A stretch of 64,000 nucleotides of DNA from Verrucomicrobiia bacterium. Its GTDB lineage: Bacteria > Verrucomicrobiota > Verrucomicrobiia > Limisphaerales > UBA1319. This document shows, in pieces, positions 1 to 10,471 of the stretch. The notes below the pieces were generated by a model. The model was not told the origin of the DNA. It ran no database searches and saw only the letters and a program-made list of their open reading frames with translations. The stretch lies in assembly GCA_963664225.1 (NCBI GenBank), contig OY760937.1:3136001-3200000 (forward strand). The letters are read 5' to 3'. The stretch's first letter is position 1, and the number at the start of each line of letters is the position of its first letter. The translations under genes and the position numbers were made by a program.

Positions 1-491
1 TGGAAAATAAGCGGGGCGGCGGGGCGGTCGAAACGCTGGGTGATGGTTTGATAGAATTCGCGGGCGTGGGTGTGACGTCCGGCGTCCCAGAGCATGTCAC
101 CACCTGCTTTAAGGGCCTGGAGGGTATCCCATTCCTGCGCGGGGTAACGCTGACCCACGCTGCGGTAGTGTTCTGCGGCCTCATCGAGGCGGCCCTGGGC
201 GACGCGAACATTTCCAAGGCTTCTGAGGGCCTGCGCACACCAGACGGTTTGCGCGGGATGGTCCTTGAGCACTTTTTGATAGCCCGCCGCGGCCTGTTCC
301 AGGAGGCGGGTCCGTGCTTCGCCGCTGGCCTCCGCGGAAGGCAGGTGATACTGCCTCACGGTGGTATTGAACAATTCCCGTGCGGCGGCTTCGTCCTGTG
401 CTGGGGTGAGCGCCGGACCCCCACAACCCGTGAAAGTCCACACCAGAAAACAGAGGCAGAGGAATGCCAGTATCCGATTATTTCGTAACAT
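1..491 (-). CDS. TPR-like lipoprotein, 3' end beyond window edge
   Basis: Manual translation (not in the ORF track because it has no stop): ATG at 491, MLRNNRILAFLCLCFLVWTFTGCGG (lipobox FTGC), then helical TPR-like segments (AQALRSLGNVRVAQGRLDEAAEHY). Open to position 1 and overlaps the upstream gene's stop. Confidence 0.7.
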   Translation of the reverse strand, partial: MLRNNRILAFLCLCFLVWTFTGCGGPALTPAQDEAAARELFNTTVRQYHLPSAEASGEARTRLLEQAAAGYQKVLKDHPAQTVWCAQALRSLGNVRVAQGRLDEAAEHYRSVGQRYPAQEWDTLQALKAGGDMLWDAGRHTHAREFYQTITQRFDRPAAPLIF

Positions 492-1818
492 TGGCGCCAT
501 AACGTGTGGTTAGGTCGTAAGTGAAGGTGCGTTGTTCGCGGGACTTGAGAGGGATGACAAACTTGACCTTGTTGGCGTCCACTTTTTCATTGGGCGCCTG
601 GGTGTCGATGGACCAGTCCCCGGTGAAGTTGCGCCGGATATCCAGTGTGATGTCGATGTCCTTGGAGTTGCGCACCTCGAATTGCCAGGTTTCCTTGGTG
701 GTCCAGCCGGAAACGTTGCCCTTGTCATCGAACCGGATATCGGATTTTTCCCAGTTCATCAGCACGGGTTTGACGAGCACCTCCTGATCCGCGCCCAATT
801 CGAGGTCCACCTGCTCGTTGATCGGGATGTATTTGACTGAAGTGCCGCCAGTATATGCGTAAAGGCGGTCTTCACCGAGAACACGGAAAGCCTTGACCGC
901 GCCGTCCGGCAGCGGTTCCTTGCCGAGCTTGCTCTTGGTGTCGTTCTTGAACCGGTAAAACCGCACCACCTGGTCGTTCCACTGTTCCTTCTCGAACTTG
1001 TAGTAGCTGGCAATGGGCACTTCATCGGCCTTGAAGGATGGCAGGCGCTTGGACCAGCCGTTGGGAATGGTGTCGCTGCCAACCACCGTGTACATGAAGT
1101 ATTCAGAGAGGCCTTCCTTGACGATATCCTTGGCTTTGAGGCTGTCGAAGGCGAAGGCCAACCTCCGATTTCCACCGCCAAAGCCCGGTTTTACTTTCCC
1201 GCTCTCCGACTTCATTAGGGCTTCTTTCATTTCACGGTTCGCTTCGAAACCAAAATCCTGCGGCCGAAAGTTCTGCGCCAACTGCGAAATATCCTCCACA
1301 AGCCGAACGACGCCCACGATCAGTCGCACCTGGGCATTCTCGTAATCCTCACCGCTGTTGTTGGTCACGCGCACCGCCCCGGACAGGGCCATCATTTTCT
1401 CATCGCGAGTGGCCTCGGCCACATAATCCGCCGACCACGTAATGCCACTGGTGAAGTAACGAATCTCCACCTCCACTTCCCCGGCGAACTCGCTCTGGAT
1501 GCGCCACTCTAGAGTATTGGTTACACGCGGCGGGAAACTCGCGTCGAGGACGTCCACGGCATCGGCGTGGGTGAGCGCTCGAAACTCCACCGACGTGGGA
1601 TCAATCAACGTGTTTGCCCAGGAAAACTCGAGATGGTTCAATCCTTTGCGCAATGTCAGGATGCGCGTCTCCTTGACCAGTGTCAGATCGGCGGAATTGT
1701 AGATGGTCAGTTTGGTGGAATCGCGTCCGGGTAGCGTGACTACGTTGATGCGCGCATGGCCCGTGGCGGCCGTGAGCAGGCCAACCCCCAACAGGATCCA
1801 TGGCAATTTGGTTTTCAT
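478..1818 (-). CDS. DUF4139/DUF4140-family secreted protein
   Basis: Signal peptide MKTKLPWILLGVGLLTAATGHA; LTIYN..LTLVKETR, YFTSGITWSADY, VTNNSGEDY and EPLPDG motifs typical of DUF4139. Confidence 0.75.
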   Translation of the reverse strand: MKTKLPWILLGVGLLTAATGHARINVVTLPGRDSTKLTIYNSADLTLVKETRILTLRKGLNHLEFSWANTLIDPTSVEFRALTHADAVDVLDASFPPRVTNTLEWRIQSEFAGEVEVEIRYFTSGITWSADYVAEATRDEKMMALSGAVRVTNNSGEDYENAQVRLIVGVVRLVEDISQLAQNFRPQDFGFEANREMKEALMKSESGKVKPGFGGGNRRLAFAFDSLKAKDIVKEGLSEYFMYTVVGSDTIPNGWSKRLPSFKADEVPIASYYKFEKEQWNDQVVRFYRFKNDTKSKLGKEPLPDGAVKAFRVLGEDRLYAYTGGTSVKYIPINEQVDLELGADQEVLVKPVLMNWEKSDIRFDDKGNVSGWTTKETWQFEVRNSKDIDITLDIRRNFTGDWSIDTQAPNEKVDANKVKFVIPLKSREQRTFTYDLTTRYGANVTK

Positions 1819-2008
1819 AACAATCAATCATTCCCGATCGCAATGGACCGGCGCATTTCAAGGAATTAGACGGGCTCCCGAAAAATATCCTCCGCAAAAT
1901 ATACCGCGCTGAGGTGGCCACCCCATCACCAGAGTGGAACGGTGACAGAGAGCAAAATACTTTGCCCGCGCAACGCCGGTTGACGCTGCGCGGGCTGAGC
2001 ATGGGTTC

Positions 2009-5000
2009 TTAATGTATCTCCGAAACCGCTGTGGTCCGCAGTGTGACCGGTCCAATCAGGCCGGATTCCTGGAGTTGGTCATCCTTTTTCCAGAGCCTCC
2101 AACTCGTGAAGGTAAGGCGGCCAGTGGGACTGGGCTTCCCATCGTTGACCCACTGTGGCCACCCCTTGAGCGTGCCGTCGCCGTTGCGCTGGCTGTCTTC
2201 GGGTAGTTGCTCGTCGCCGATCAGGCGGTTGATCCAGAGGTTGACAACCTTCACTTCGAGCACATTTTCGCCTGGCTTCAGGGCATTTGTAACCTCCACA
2301 CGGAACGGAGGTTTCCAGAGGATGCCCAAGTCGTGGCCGTTCAATTTGACTTCCGCCATCACGGCAACCTTGCCCAGATCGAGGAAGAGACGGTTGAGGC
2401 TTGAGGGTTGCGAGCTCAGGGTAAAGGTCTTCCGATAACTCGCCGTCCCGGAGTAGTAGCGGATGCCCTCTTCGGAACGCTTGGACCAATCCTCAAGCGG
2501 GTCGAAGGTCGCGCTTTCAGGGCCGCCCCACTTGGGATCAAAGCGCACCTCCCATGGGCCGGTCAATTCCATCGATTGCGGAATAGTCTCCACTTTCACC
2601 TTTTGCACCTGACCGGAGGCGCTCACGAGTTCGTATTCGCCTGGCTCGCGGGCTTCCAATTGGGCGTGCCCCTGCGCGTCGCACCGGACTTGCACAACCG
2701 CGCCCGGTGGCACGGGCCCGGTGACAAAATCCACCATGTCCGGATCCGTGCCGGTCAGGTGGAGGCGTTTGCCGTTGAGCGTGTATTCCACATCGAGTGT
2801 TTTTATCAGGCCAAAAGCCGGATCATCGCCCGCCGCCATGCGCGCAACGAGGAAACTGCTTTCCCCGGCATCCAGGAGGCGCTGCAGCTTTTCCCGCACG
2901 TCGCGAGTCCGCTTCGGATCGCCCAGCACGCCGTAGCGCGCCACCTCCACCCGCGCGCCGACCGCGTTGCGCCCCAGAAGGACCGTGTCTCCATCGCGCC
3001 ATTTCCCGGTAAACGACTGCCCGTCGATGCTGTAATCGACCTCGAGCGTCTTTACCACATTCAGGGCGGGATCGTCTCCATCGGCCATCGCGGTAACGGG
3101 AAAGCTATGGTCGAACGCGTCGGCTTTGACCTGCACTTTTGCCGTCACGTCGCGCGTGCGCTGCGGGTCGTTCAGCACTCCGTAGCGCGCCTGGCGCACG
3201 GTGATCTTCAACGGCGGTTCCTGTCCGGCCGTGAGAAGCGTCTTTCCTGCGCGGCGCACCTGCGCGATGGGGTCGCCGTCTCCTGAGCGTTCGCGGAAAA
3301 TTACGAACACGGAGCCATTCGGCCCCAGCGTCAGCGAAACACGGGTGACTCCGTCTTTCACTTCATGCACTCCGGCGCGTTCCGTAAGCCCCGTTTCTGG
3401 CGACCAAAACTCCGGAACCTTGCCTGACACGCGGAAGGCGCATGTGGCGGTGGTTTCGAACGGCTGGCCGTTGGCCACGAAATAAATCTCCGCGTCGCCG
3501 CTGCTGCGGTGGATGAAGCGCCACGGCTGGCCGCAGACGAAATCGGGTTGCACCCCGCTTTGTTGCAGAACCTTTTCGACCGCCAGTCCCCAGACGATGC
3601 GCCCCTTTCCAAAGGCATGTTCCTTCACCCCCTGGCCGTCGCAATCGCCCCAAAGCTCGGCGCCCAACTTTTGCACTTCCTCGTCGCACTGCGGATGGCC
3701 GCTCAAGCTCGGTGACTTCAGCGGGCGGGGGCCGACCACCGTGGCCCCGGCTTCGACGAGTTCCTTGAGCTTGCGCAGCAACCGCGGCGTCATCGTCCGC
3801 GCGTCTGACAGGGCCAGCAGACGGTAACTCATGCCATCCGGCAACACGATGCGCCCATCGCGCACGGACATTCGCGTCATCACAGCGTCATCGGTGCATT
3901 CATCCCAGTCGTAGCCGTTGCGCGAATGGTTGCCAAAACCCATCGGCGGGGCTTCCGCCTGGAGATGGCAGACATCCGCGACGAACAATCCCTGCCGCAG
4001 TAAAAACTGGCAGCGCGCCAGATACTCGTGCCACGCGCGCGATTGCTCCCACCAGGTCTGCGTGCGCTCGTAATGCTGGCCCCACGGCCCCATCGTCATG
4101 CCCGGACGGTAGTCGGCCCACGGCTGCATGGCGTAGCGATGAAAGACGAAGCGGTTGATGCCCTCGCAGAACGCGCGGTCGCCCAGCGACTTCAACAAGG
4201 CCGGATGCTCGCGCCACCGTTCCTGGTCCCCCGACGTGAAGGCTTCCGCTCCGATGATCGGTTTGCCATAGACGTGACCCGCCGAGGCCATGCCGCGGCA
4301 GGTTTCCATCGAACCGCCGCCCGGGGTCCAGAACTCGCCCATCGGCTCATCGGCCTGGCCGCCATAGGGAATGTAGTCGCAAGGGCTGCCATAGGCTTCG
4401 CAGGTGAAGCGCATTGCGTTCGCGTTGGCCAGCCCGTGGAACCGGCCCGCATAGTTCTCGATCACCAGCTCGGAAACCGTGCGCCGCACGTCCCAGAGAA
4501 ACCGCTCCGACACTTCGAGGCTGCTCACGACACGCCCGGTGAATACCGGCAGGAACGGCGTCAAATCATAGCCGTGCCGCTGCTGGAACTCTTCCCGCAT
4601 CTTTGCGGTCCAGTTCTGCGAACCGTTCTCCCAACTGTCAATGTGTGTGGCCACCAGGCCGCCCGGCGTGCGCTGCGCCGTGATGCCCGTGTCGCCCGCC
4701 AGCCTGGCCATCATGCCGTTGAAATTCGCCTCGATACCTTCCTTGCTGAGCTTGTCGCATTCGAGGCCGCGACCCGTCATCGGCGCAGGCGCGTTTTCAG
4801 CGCCGGTGCTCGTGTGGCCAATGCGCAGAATCGTCCACTCTCCCGCTGGCACATCCCAAACCAGTCGCCCGTTTGCATCCATCCACGCGGCCAGGTTGGT
4901 GATCGCATTCTGGCCGATGATCGATTTCTCCGTCAGTTCACCCTTCCCTGGCTTGCGGCCGCGAAAATTCTGGAACGCAGCCTTGGACTCGATCCCCGGT

Positions 5001-5653
5001 ATGCGGTAGTCATCCATTGCTGGAAACGCCTGCACCGCGATGTCGCGGTAATACTTCGCGGTTGCCACTGGCTGCGCGAGCTCGCCCTCAAAGTGGAGCG
5101 GGCCGGCGACGTTGGTTTCCGTCCACGTCACTTCCTGCATGGATTGCTCGGGTTTGATCCACGGCCCGCCGCTGCCGTTCCAGCCGGCATCGTCGTTCAT
5201 GTTAATTTCCAGATCCAACCGGTTCGCCTCGGCGTGGACATGGCGGAACAAGTCTCGCCATGCCGGCCCCATGAAATCCATCGGTCCAACCGGCGCGCCC
5301 TGGTCTACTTCCATGATCAATCCGCCACCAATCCCAACGCGCTTCATCGCTTCGAGGTCGGCGGTAATACCATTGCTGGTAATGTTGCCGTTGAGCCAGA
5401 ACCAATACACCCACGGGCGCGCGGAATCAGGCGGGCGCGTGAAACCTTTCTCCAGATCGGAAACCGGCTCGGCGGCCAGCACCGTGGCTCCGAGGACCAT
5501 AAGGGCAATGGTGCTGAGCTTGATAATGGATGGGAATTTGCTTTTGCAGCGCTCCCGGATTTTGGTCGCTGCCCGGGTGAAGGAGGATTGGTTTTCGCTC
5601 GCTCTCATTTCGATTGGCACCGTGCCAGACCGGATCGAGGCGTCAAGTGTCAA
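2009..5653 (-). CDS. Glycoside hydrolase family 106 (alpha-L-rhamnosidase-like) with two inserted lectin-like repeats; start uncertain
   Basis: ARPWVYWFWLNGN, ITADLEAMKRVGIGG, GWNGSGGPW, HIDSWE, AEAFT, EGINRFVFH, LDLGKV, NLWINRLIGD and SGLIGPV motifs. Confidence 0.85.
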   Translation of the reverse strand: MTLDASIRSGTVPIEMRASENQSSFTRAATKIRERCKSKFPSIIKLSTIALMVLGATVLAAEPVSDLEKGFTRPPDSARPWVYWFWLNGNITSNGITADLEAMKRVGIGGGLIMEVDQGAPVGPMDFMGPAWRDLFRHVHAEANRLDLEINMNDDAGWNGSGGPWIKPEQSMQEVTWTETNVAGPLHFEGELAQPVATAKYYRDIAVQAFPAMDDYRIPGIESKAAFQNFRGRKPGKGELTEKSIIGQNAITNLAAWMDANGRLVWDVPAGEWTILRIGHTSTGAENAPAPMTGRGLECDKLSKEGIEANFNGMMARLAGDTGITAQRTPGGLVATHIDSWENGSQNWTAKMREEFQQRHGYDLTPFLPVFTGRVVSSLEVSERFLWDVRRTVSELVIENYAGRFHGLANANAMRFTCEAYGSPCDYIPYGGQADEPMGEFWTPGGGSMETCRGMASAGHVYGKPIIGAEAFTSGDQERWREHPALLKSLGDRAFCEGINRFVFHRYAMQPWADYRPGMTMGPWGQHYERTQTWWEQSRAWHEYLARCQFLLRQGLFVADVCHLQAEAPPMGFGNHSRNGYDWDECTDDAVMTRMSVRDGRIVLPDGMSYRLLALSDARTMTPRLLRKLKELVEAGATVVGPRPLKSPSLSGHPQCDEEVQKLGAELWGDCDGQGVKEHAFGKGRIVWGLAVEKVLQQSGVQPDFVCGQPWRFIHRSSGDAEIYFVANGQPFETTATCAFRVSGKVPEFWSPETGLTERAGVHEVKDGVTRVSLTLGPNGSVFVIFRERSGDGDPIAQVRRAGKTLLTAGQEPPLKITVRQARYGVLNDPQRTRDVTAKVQVKADAFDHSFPVTAMADGDDPALNVVKTLEVDYSIDGQSFTGKWRDGDTVLLGRNAVGARVEVARYGVLGDPKRTRDVREKLQRLLDAGESSFLVARMAAGDDPAFGLIKTLDVEYTLNGKRLHLTGTDPDMVDFVTGPVPPGAVVQVRCDAQGHAQLEAREPGEYELVSASGQVQKVKVETIPQSMELTGPWEVRFDPKWGGPESATFDPLEDWSKRSEEGIRYYSGTASYRKTFTLSSQPSSLNRLFLDLGKVAVMAEVKLNGHDLGILWKPPFRVEVTNALKPGENVLEVKVVNLWINRLIGDEQLPEDSQRNGDGTLKGWPQWVNDGKPSPTGRLTFTSWRLWKKDDQLQESGLIGPVTLRTTAVSEIH

Positions 5654-5688
5654 GTTTCGCTGTGGTGCTCCGGTGAACCGGAAGGTGT

Positions 5689-7194
5689 CTACTGGCTTCT
5701 GATACGAAAGTAACCATTCGAATTCAGAATTGGAACCGTCACGAACTGAGCGCTGGTGGTGAACGCCGGTCTCCAGGATGGGGGAATGCCAGCGGTTTGC
5801 TCCACCACATATGCGGACGATTGGGCTGTCCAGTTCAGGTTGAGATTGGTTCCAAAGCGGGCTGCCGAGACCGTCAAGCCGACCGTCACCACCGCTACAT
5901 CGTAACTGACGGCATGAACGCCATCGTCAGCGCTCAGAAGCAGCGTATAGACGCCTGGCGCGCTAAAAGCGGCCGTGGTGTTGGTTTGCGAAGAATTGTC
6001 AAAAGTGACCGTCCCGGGACCGGAATAGGCGCGCCACTGCACCCCGGGTACCGCCGCGCTGAAGGAAACATATCCGCGCAAACTGGCCAGGGCACCTGAG
6101 GATACAACTTGATTCCCACCTGCATGGGAAACAGGACCGCCGGGTGAACGGGGACCCGCTGTAGGACCCGTGGTCTGGATGACTTCAAAATTGGTGATTC
6201 CAATCGTGGAAAGATGATCGAAAGCTCCCGCAGGCCAGCGATTGTCCGGGGTGACGGATATGGAAAAGAAATTGCCGTTATCGGCCACAATCGCGCCGTA
6301 CTTCTTGAAAGCCAGCAGGACCGCCTTCTCTTCTCTGGTCCATTGGGAGGGAATGGAGAAGTTGGATTTGAGCCGCAGCCGCTGGCCCATGGAGGGCACG
6401 TTGGTTTGGGAAGCAGCCGTCGTGGAAGCGTAATGGGTGGCCGGATAGAGGTATTCCTTGCGCGTACGTTTGACGACCAACCGCATCGCATGCTCGACCA
6501 TTCCCCGCTGGCACTCGTCATAACGGACCAGGGCGGGAAACATCGGCAGCCCGGCCGCGTCTCCGGAAGTCCACCCCGCCGGACGCAAATTATTGCTGTT
6601 TAAATCGAACTTCGCCCCATTGGAAGCTTCCCAATTGGAGCCCACCAGCTTCGCCTGCCACATCTCACGGATCAAGCCCGTGCCCGGCTGCACAAGGATC
6701 GCGTGGCGGTCCCCGCCTATGTTTGAAACATCCTGTTGCCACTGCACCAGGGTCTGGCTGCCGGTCCCCAAGGGCCAGGTCTCAATCGGCATGTTGGAGG
6801 GGATTGGGTAGGGGCCGGGATCGGATTCGTCGGGATAATCGACAAAATCGACGGGCACCGGCGATTGATTGTCGGGCACGAGAACAAAATTCATTTCAAA
6901 AAACGGCCTCAATGTCTGACGAGAGGCGGCGAGGTCGTTCGTGATTTGAGATATCATCGCGGCGGAATTGGCCAGGAGGGGTCGCCGGGAGATGTCCTCA
7001 TTCCATGCACTCGTGACTGGAAATATTTGCATGGCGCCCACCACGGCATCCGCCTCCGCCGTGTTGAAAAGTATTGATTGGGTAACCACGGGGACATCCC
7101 CCAGGATGCGTCCCTCCTGATTGATGCGCGTTGCAGCGCATGCTGAGGCGATGACCCATCCGCCGGCCAACGCCAATGCAATGCTGAATCTCAT
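5689..7194 (-). CDS. Secreted uncharacterised protein with PKD/Ig-like domain and short C-terminal beta domain
   Basis: Signal peptide; GDRH, GWTSGDAAGLP and HAMRL conserved-looking core; WRAYSGPGTVTF...PGVYTLLLSADDG PKD-like motif; ends GYFRIR. Confidence 0.7.
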   Translation of the reverse strand: MRFSIALALAGGWVIASACAATRINQEGRILGDVPVVTQSILFNTAEADAVVGAMQIFPVTSAWNEDISRRPLLANSAAMISQITNDLAASRQTLRPFFEMNFVLVPDNQSPVPVDFVDYPDESDPGPYPIPSNMPIETWPLGTGSQTLVQWQQDVSNIGGDRHAILVQPGTGLIREMWQAKLVGSNWEASNGAKFDLNSNNLRPAGWTSGDAAGLPMFPALVRYDECQRGMVEHAMRLVVKRTRKEYLYPATHYASTTAASQTNVPSMGQRLRLKSNFSIPSQWTREEKAVLLAFKKYGAIVADNGNFFSISVTPDNRWPAGAFDHLSTIGITNFEVIQTTGPTAGPRSPGGPVSHAGGNQVVSSGALASLRGYVSFSAAVPGVQWRAYSGPGTVTFDNSSQTNTTAAFSAPGVYTLLLSADDGVHAVSYDVAVVTVGLTVSAARFGTNLNLNWTAQSSAYVVEQTAGIPPSWRPAFTTSAQFVTVPILNSNGYFRIRSQ

Positions 7195-7577
7195 GGGCAG
7201 AACAGGAGCAAAATATGAGCCAATGTGGCTTGCGACAAGACTCTTGATGCTTCCGGAGCCACTCGCACGACAACCGATACAGAATTTTGCGTTCTTGCCG
7301 CGCTATGCAGGGTAATTCAAACGGATAATCCGGGTTGCGCTTGTTTTCGGCCAGTCGTGCGGCGGCGACCGGGCTCAATTTCGGCTCAACCTGCACGTCC
7401 AATTGTACAAACTGGACAGACAGATGCCCACCGGGAGTTAATGCAAGGACATGTGACATGATGCGCGGACCAGACTATCACCATTCCCCAATGCAGCATC
7501 TGTTTCAAAAAGCTGGCGAGCTTGCCTGTGCGTTTTTCCTTATTTAGCGTTTTTTTATCTAAACGGATCCTTCCTTC

Positions 7578-7901
7578 TCAATGGCTGCCACCAGCCAGGT
7601 TGATCATCACGATGCCCACGATTACCAAGGCGATTCCCGCGCATTTAAGCAGTGAGTACGATTCGTGAAAAATCAGGATGCCGATCACGGCGATGATGGC
7701 GGTCCCCAAGCCGGACCAAATTGCATAGGCCACGCTGATATCCCATTGCTTGAGCGCCAGCGCCAGCGCCCCGAGGCTCCCAATATAGAGGACAAACATG
7801 GCCACCGTGGGCACGGGACGGGTCATCCCGAGCGAAAGTTTCATGCAGGTGGTGCCACAAATCTCCAACAAGATGGCCGTTAACAATAAAACCCATTTCA
7901 T
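7578..7901 (-). CDS. SMR/DMT small multidrug efflux transporter
   Basis: 107 aa, 4 TM; AILLEICGT (conserved Glu) and SVAYAIWSGLG motifs. Confidence 0.9.
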   Translation of the reverse strand: MKWVLLLTAILLEICGTTCMKLSLGMTRPVPTVAMFVLYIGSLGALALALKQWDISVAYAIWSGLGTAIIAVIGILIFHESYSLLKCAGIALVIVGIVMINLAGGSH

Positions 7902-8111
7902 ATCGCACAGTTTAAACCGCAATTCTCTGATTGCCAACATCACGCAGGGCGCATAGTCTGCCCGTCAAGCTCGACATTAGAGCGGTGTCGGTGTCAGAAA
8001 GACAGAATGTCAGTGATCTAACAAAAGTTGACAATAAATTGGCATCCCGCGGTCCTGCAGGTGCAGAATCCAACGCGCTGTCTCGGAGCCTCAAATCACA
8101 ATCCAAGTATC

Positions 8112-8435
8112 ATGAACGAGTCCAAACTCTTTGTGGGCAATCTCTCCTACGAAACCCAGGAACACGACCTGCAGGATTACTTCGCCCAGGCCGGCAATGT
8201 GACCACGGTCACACTCATGCTCGACAAATTCTCAGGCAAATCCCGCGGATTCGCCTTTGTCGAATTCGCCTCGGCGGAAGAAGCCGCCAAGGCCGTCGAG
8301 CAATTCAATCAAAAGGAATTCCAGGGCCGTCAGTTGACGGTCAATATCGCCCGTCCCCGCGAAGACCGCCCCCCACGTTCCAGCGGTGGCAATTCGCGGT
8401 ACCGCGACGAGCGCCCGAATTATCGCAACGAGTAA
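8112..8435 (+). CDS. RRM RNA-binding protein
   Basis: RNP2 LFVGNL, RNP1 RGFAFVEF, and LTVNIARPRE. Confidence 0.95.
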   Translation: MNESKLFVGNLSYETQEHDLQDYFAQAGNVTTVTLMLDKFSGKSRGFAFVEFASAEEAAKAVEQFNQKEFQGRQLTVNIARPREDRPPRSSGGNSRYRDERPNYRNE

Positions 8436-8486
8436 TTCATCCAAAATTCAAAACGAATACCGCGCTATGGGCGCGCGCAAACGCGC

Positions 8487-8861
8487 TCATAGCGGTATTT
8501 GATCTGGTTTTCGCATCGTCCTGGCCCGCCCCGCAATGGCCCGCCAGCCATCCCATACGTGCATCAATGCCCAGACGGGATGTCTCAATAGCATCCGCGG
8601 CCCGGCATAGCGCATGACTTGTTTGATTTCCTCTCGTTGTCTGGGGCCGTAGCAATGCACAGGGCAGCGGGCACAGGTCGGCTTCTCCGCGCCAAAACGG
8701 CAGCGCGCCAGTCGTTCAGCCGCATACGCCGCCAATGAGCCGCACGCGGCGCAGAGTTCGCCCTGCGTTCCATGCTGATCGTGGCAATAAAGATCGAACA
8801 AGGCCGCCACAGTCCTGCGCTCGCGAATCAGGCGGGAGGCCTGGGATAATTCCGTACTCAT
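8487..8861 (-). CDS. YgbA family (nitrous oxide-stimulated promoter family) Cys-rich protein
   Basis: RERRTV...YCHDQH...LCAAC...RLARCRFG.EKPTCARCPVHCY...MRYAGPRMLLRHP pattern. Confidence 0.85.
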   Translation of the reverse strand: MSTELSQASRLIRERRTVAALFDLYCHDQHGTQGELCAACGSLAAYAAERLARCRFGAEKPTCARCPVHCYGPRQREEIKQVMRYAGPRMLLRHPVWALMHVWDGWRAIAGRARTMRKPDQIPL

Positions 8862-8955
8862 ACCGCCCGTAACCTGCCCCCGGCCGTCTCAAGTCGCCTT
8901 GACCCAGATCAAGCTTTTGCTCTTCGAGGATTCATCCGCTTTTATTGCGGAACGG

Positions 8956-9708
8956 CTATTTGATCGGTGAAAAAACCTCCGGTGCCATGAAGACCGATTC
9001 CACTTTGGTCGTCAAAGGGCCGTTGGTTTCGGAGGCGCTTTTGGCCGCAATCCAATCAGGATCCTTGCGGAAATCCGCGAAAGCCTCGGCCCCGGCTTCC
9101 TTGCTCTTATGCGCCAGGATGTAGATCAGGGTGTTCTCGGGTTTGGTTTCCAACGCGGTCCAATAGCCCACGCTGGTCATGCCGTGTTTGGCGAAGAGGG
9201 CCACGGTATGATCGCGGAACCGGGCTTGGAGCGCGTCGAGTTTGCCCGGCGCGGCGGTGTAGGTCCGCAGTTCAAAGGTGCGGGGAGCGGCTGCGCTCGA
9301 AGGTTTGACCAGCGGCGAGAAGTCCGTGGTTTTCAGAAAATAGGATTCCACCTTGGTGATCAGCCGGCTTTTCGACTCGGTGGCTTTAACGACCTCCTGC
9401 CATTCGGGATCCTTGCCAAATTCGGTCCATGCCTTGGAATGCGCCTCGCGATTCGGACTGGCAATGATGTAGATGATCTTGTTGTCGGGATTCTCCAGTG
9501 GCGTCCAATAACCGATGTTCGTGAAACCGTGTTTTGCAAACAACGCGCAGGTGTGGTCACGGAAGCGGGACTCCAGATCGCCCAACCGGCCCGGAGCCGC
9601 ATAGTAAATCCTCATCTCGTAACAACGGGTATCGGCGTCAGCAGCTGTTAGCCAGCAAGCGGAGGCCGCCAGGACCACAATAGTCAACAGGGTCAGTAAT
9701 GTTTTCAT
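8956..9708 (-). CDS. Tandem NIPSNAP-domain exported protein
   Basis: Two repeats of YE(M/L)RxY.AAPG.L..L..RFRDHT..LF.KHG..GYW; signal peptide. Confidence 0.9.
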   Translation of the reverse strand: MKTLLTLLTIVVLAASACWLTAADADTRCYEMRIYYAAPGRLGDLESRFRDHTCALFAKHGFTNIGYWTPLENPDNKIIYIIASPNREAHSKAWTEFGKDPEWQEVVKATESKSRLITKVESYFLKTTDFSPLVKPSSAAAPRTFELRTYTAAPGKLDALQARFRDHTVALFAKHGMTSVGYWTALETKPENTLIYILAHKSKEAGAEAFADFRKDPDWIAAKSASETNGPLTTKVESVFMAPEVFSPIK

Positions 9709-9858
9709 GATGCGTCACCTATGATCGGCCCGAGGCGCAAAGGCAAATATTTTCTAAGACGATTTGCGTTTATTGAGCTGCCGAACATGGGCTCAAACCG
9801 ATCACCATGACTCCAGATCTGTTATTGAGCCGCCCAGGCGCTCGGAGTAGAATGAGGC

Positions 9859-10428
9859 ATGACCCAAAACGCTGAAATTGAGGCCATTTACCATTCCCGG
9901 ATTCTGAAGGTGGCGGCGGATTCTGTGGCAAACGGGGTGGAGCGTGGAATGCCTCTGGAGGTGGAACCGGCGGATTATCCTCCGCCCCTTCAGCTTCCCC
10001 GGGCGGTCTTTGTAACCCTGATGATCGGGGACCGTTTGCGTGGCTGCATCGGCACTCTGGAGTCCCTCCGTCCGTTGATTTCCAATACGGCCGAATACGC
10101 TTATGCGGCCGCCTTTCGCGATTCGCGTTTCGATCCCGTCACGCGCCAGGAATACCCCCGGCTCCAATATCATGTTTCCATCCTGAGTCCCCCGGTACCC
10201 CTGCCGTGCGATTCCGAGGAGGAATTGATTGCAAAAGTCCGGCCCGGGATCGACGGTTTGATACTCGAGGACGGTCCCTGCCGGGCCACTTTTCTGCCTT
10301 CCGTGTGGGAGGATCTGCGCGATCCGGCGGAGTTCATCCGTCGGCTGAAAATCAAGGCGGGCATGCCTGAACGCGGTTGGTCGGACACGATGACCGTGCG
10401 GATTTATACCGCGCAAAGCATCGGTTGA
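9859..10428 (+). CDS. AmmeMemoRadiSam system protein A (AMMECR1 domain)
   Basis: FVTL....LRGCIG, AAFRDSRF and ATFLPSVWE motifs. Confidence 0.9.
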   Translation: MTQNAEIEAIYHSRILKVAADSVANGVERGMPLEVEPADYPPPLQLPRAVFVTLMIGDRLRGCIGTLESLRPLISNTAEYAYAAAFRDSRFDPVTRQEYPRLQYHVSILSPPVPLPCDSEEELIAKVRPGIDGLILEDGPCRATFLPSVWEDLRDPAEFIRRLKIKAGMPERGWSDTMTVRIYTAQSIG

Positions 10429-10471
10429 CACCGTCCGGCAGCCGCAAATCCCTGTTGTTTCTGACCCACGC

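Noticed and set aside
4028..5713. Long antisense ORFs (also 13526-14998, 36115-37353, 45974-47959, 56334-57854, 59148-60734)
   Set aside because: Shadow frames opposite well-supported genes in GC-rich DNA, with no recognisable motifs.
6998..7459. 153-aa ORF upstream of the secreted protein gene
   Set aside because: Overlaps the next gene in another frame and has no recognisable motif.
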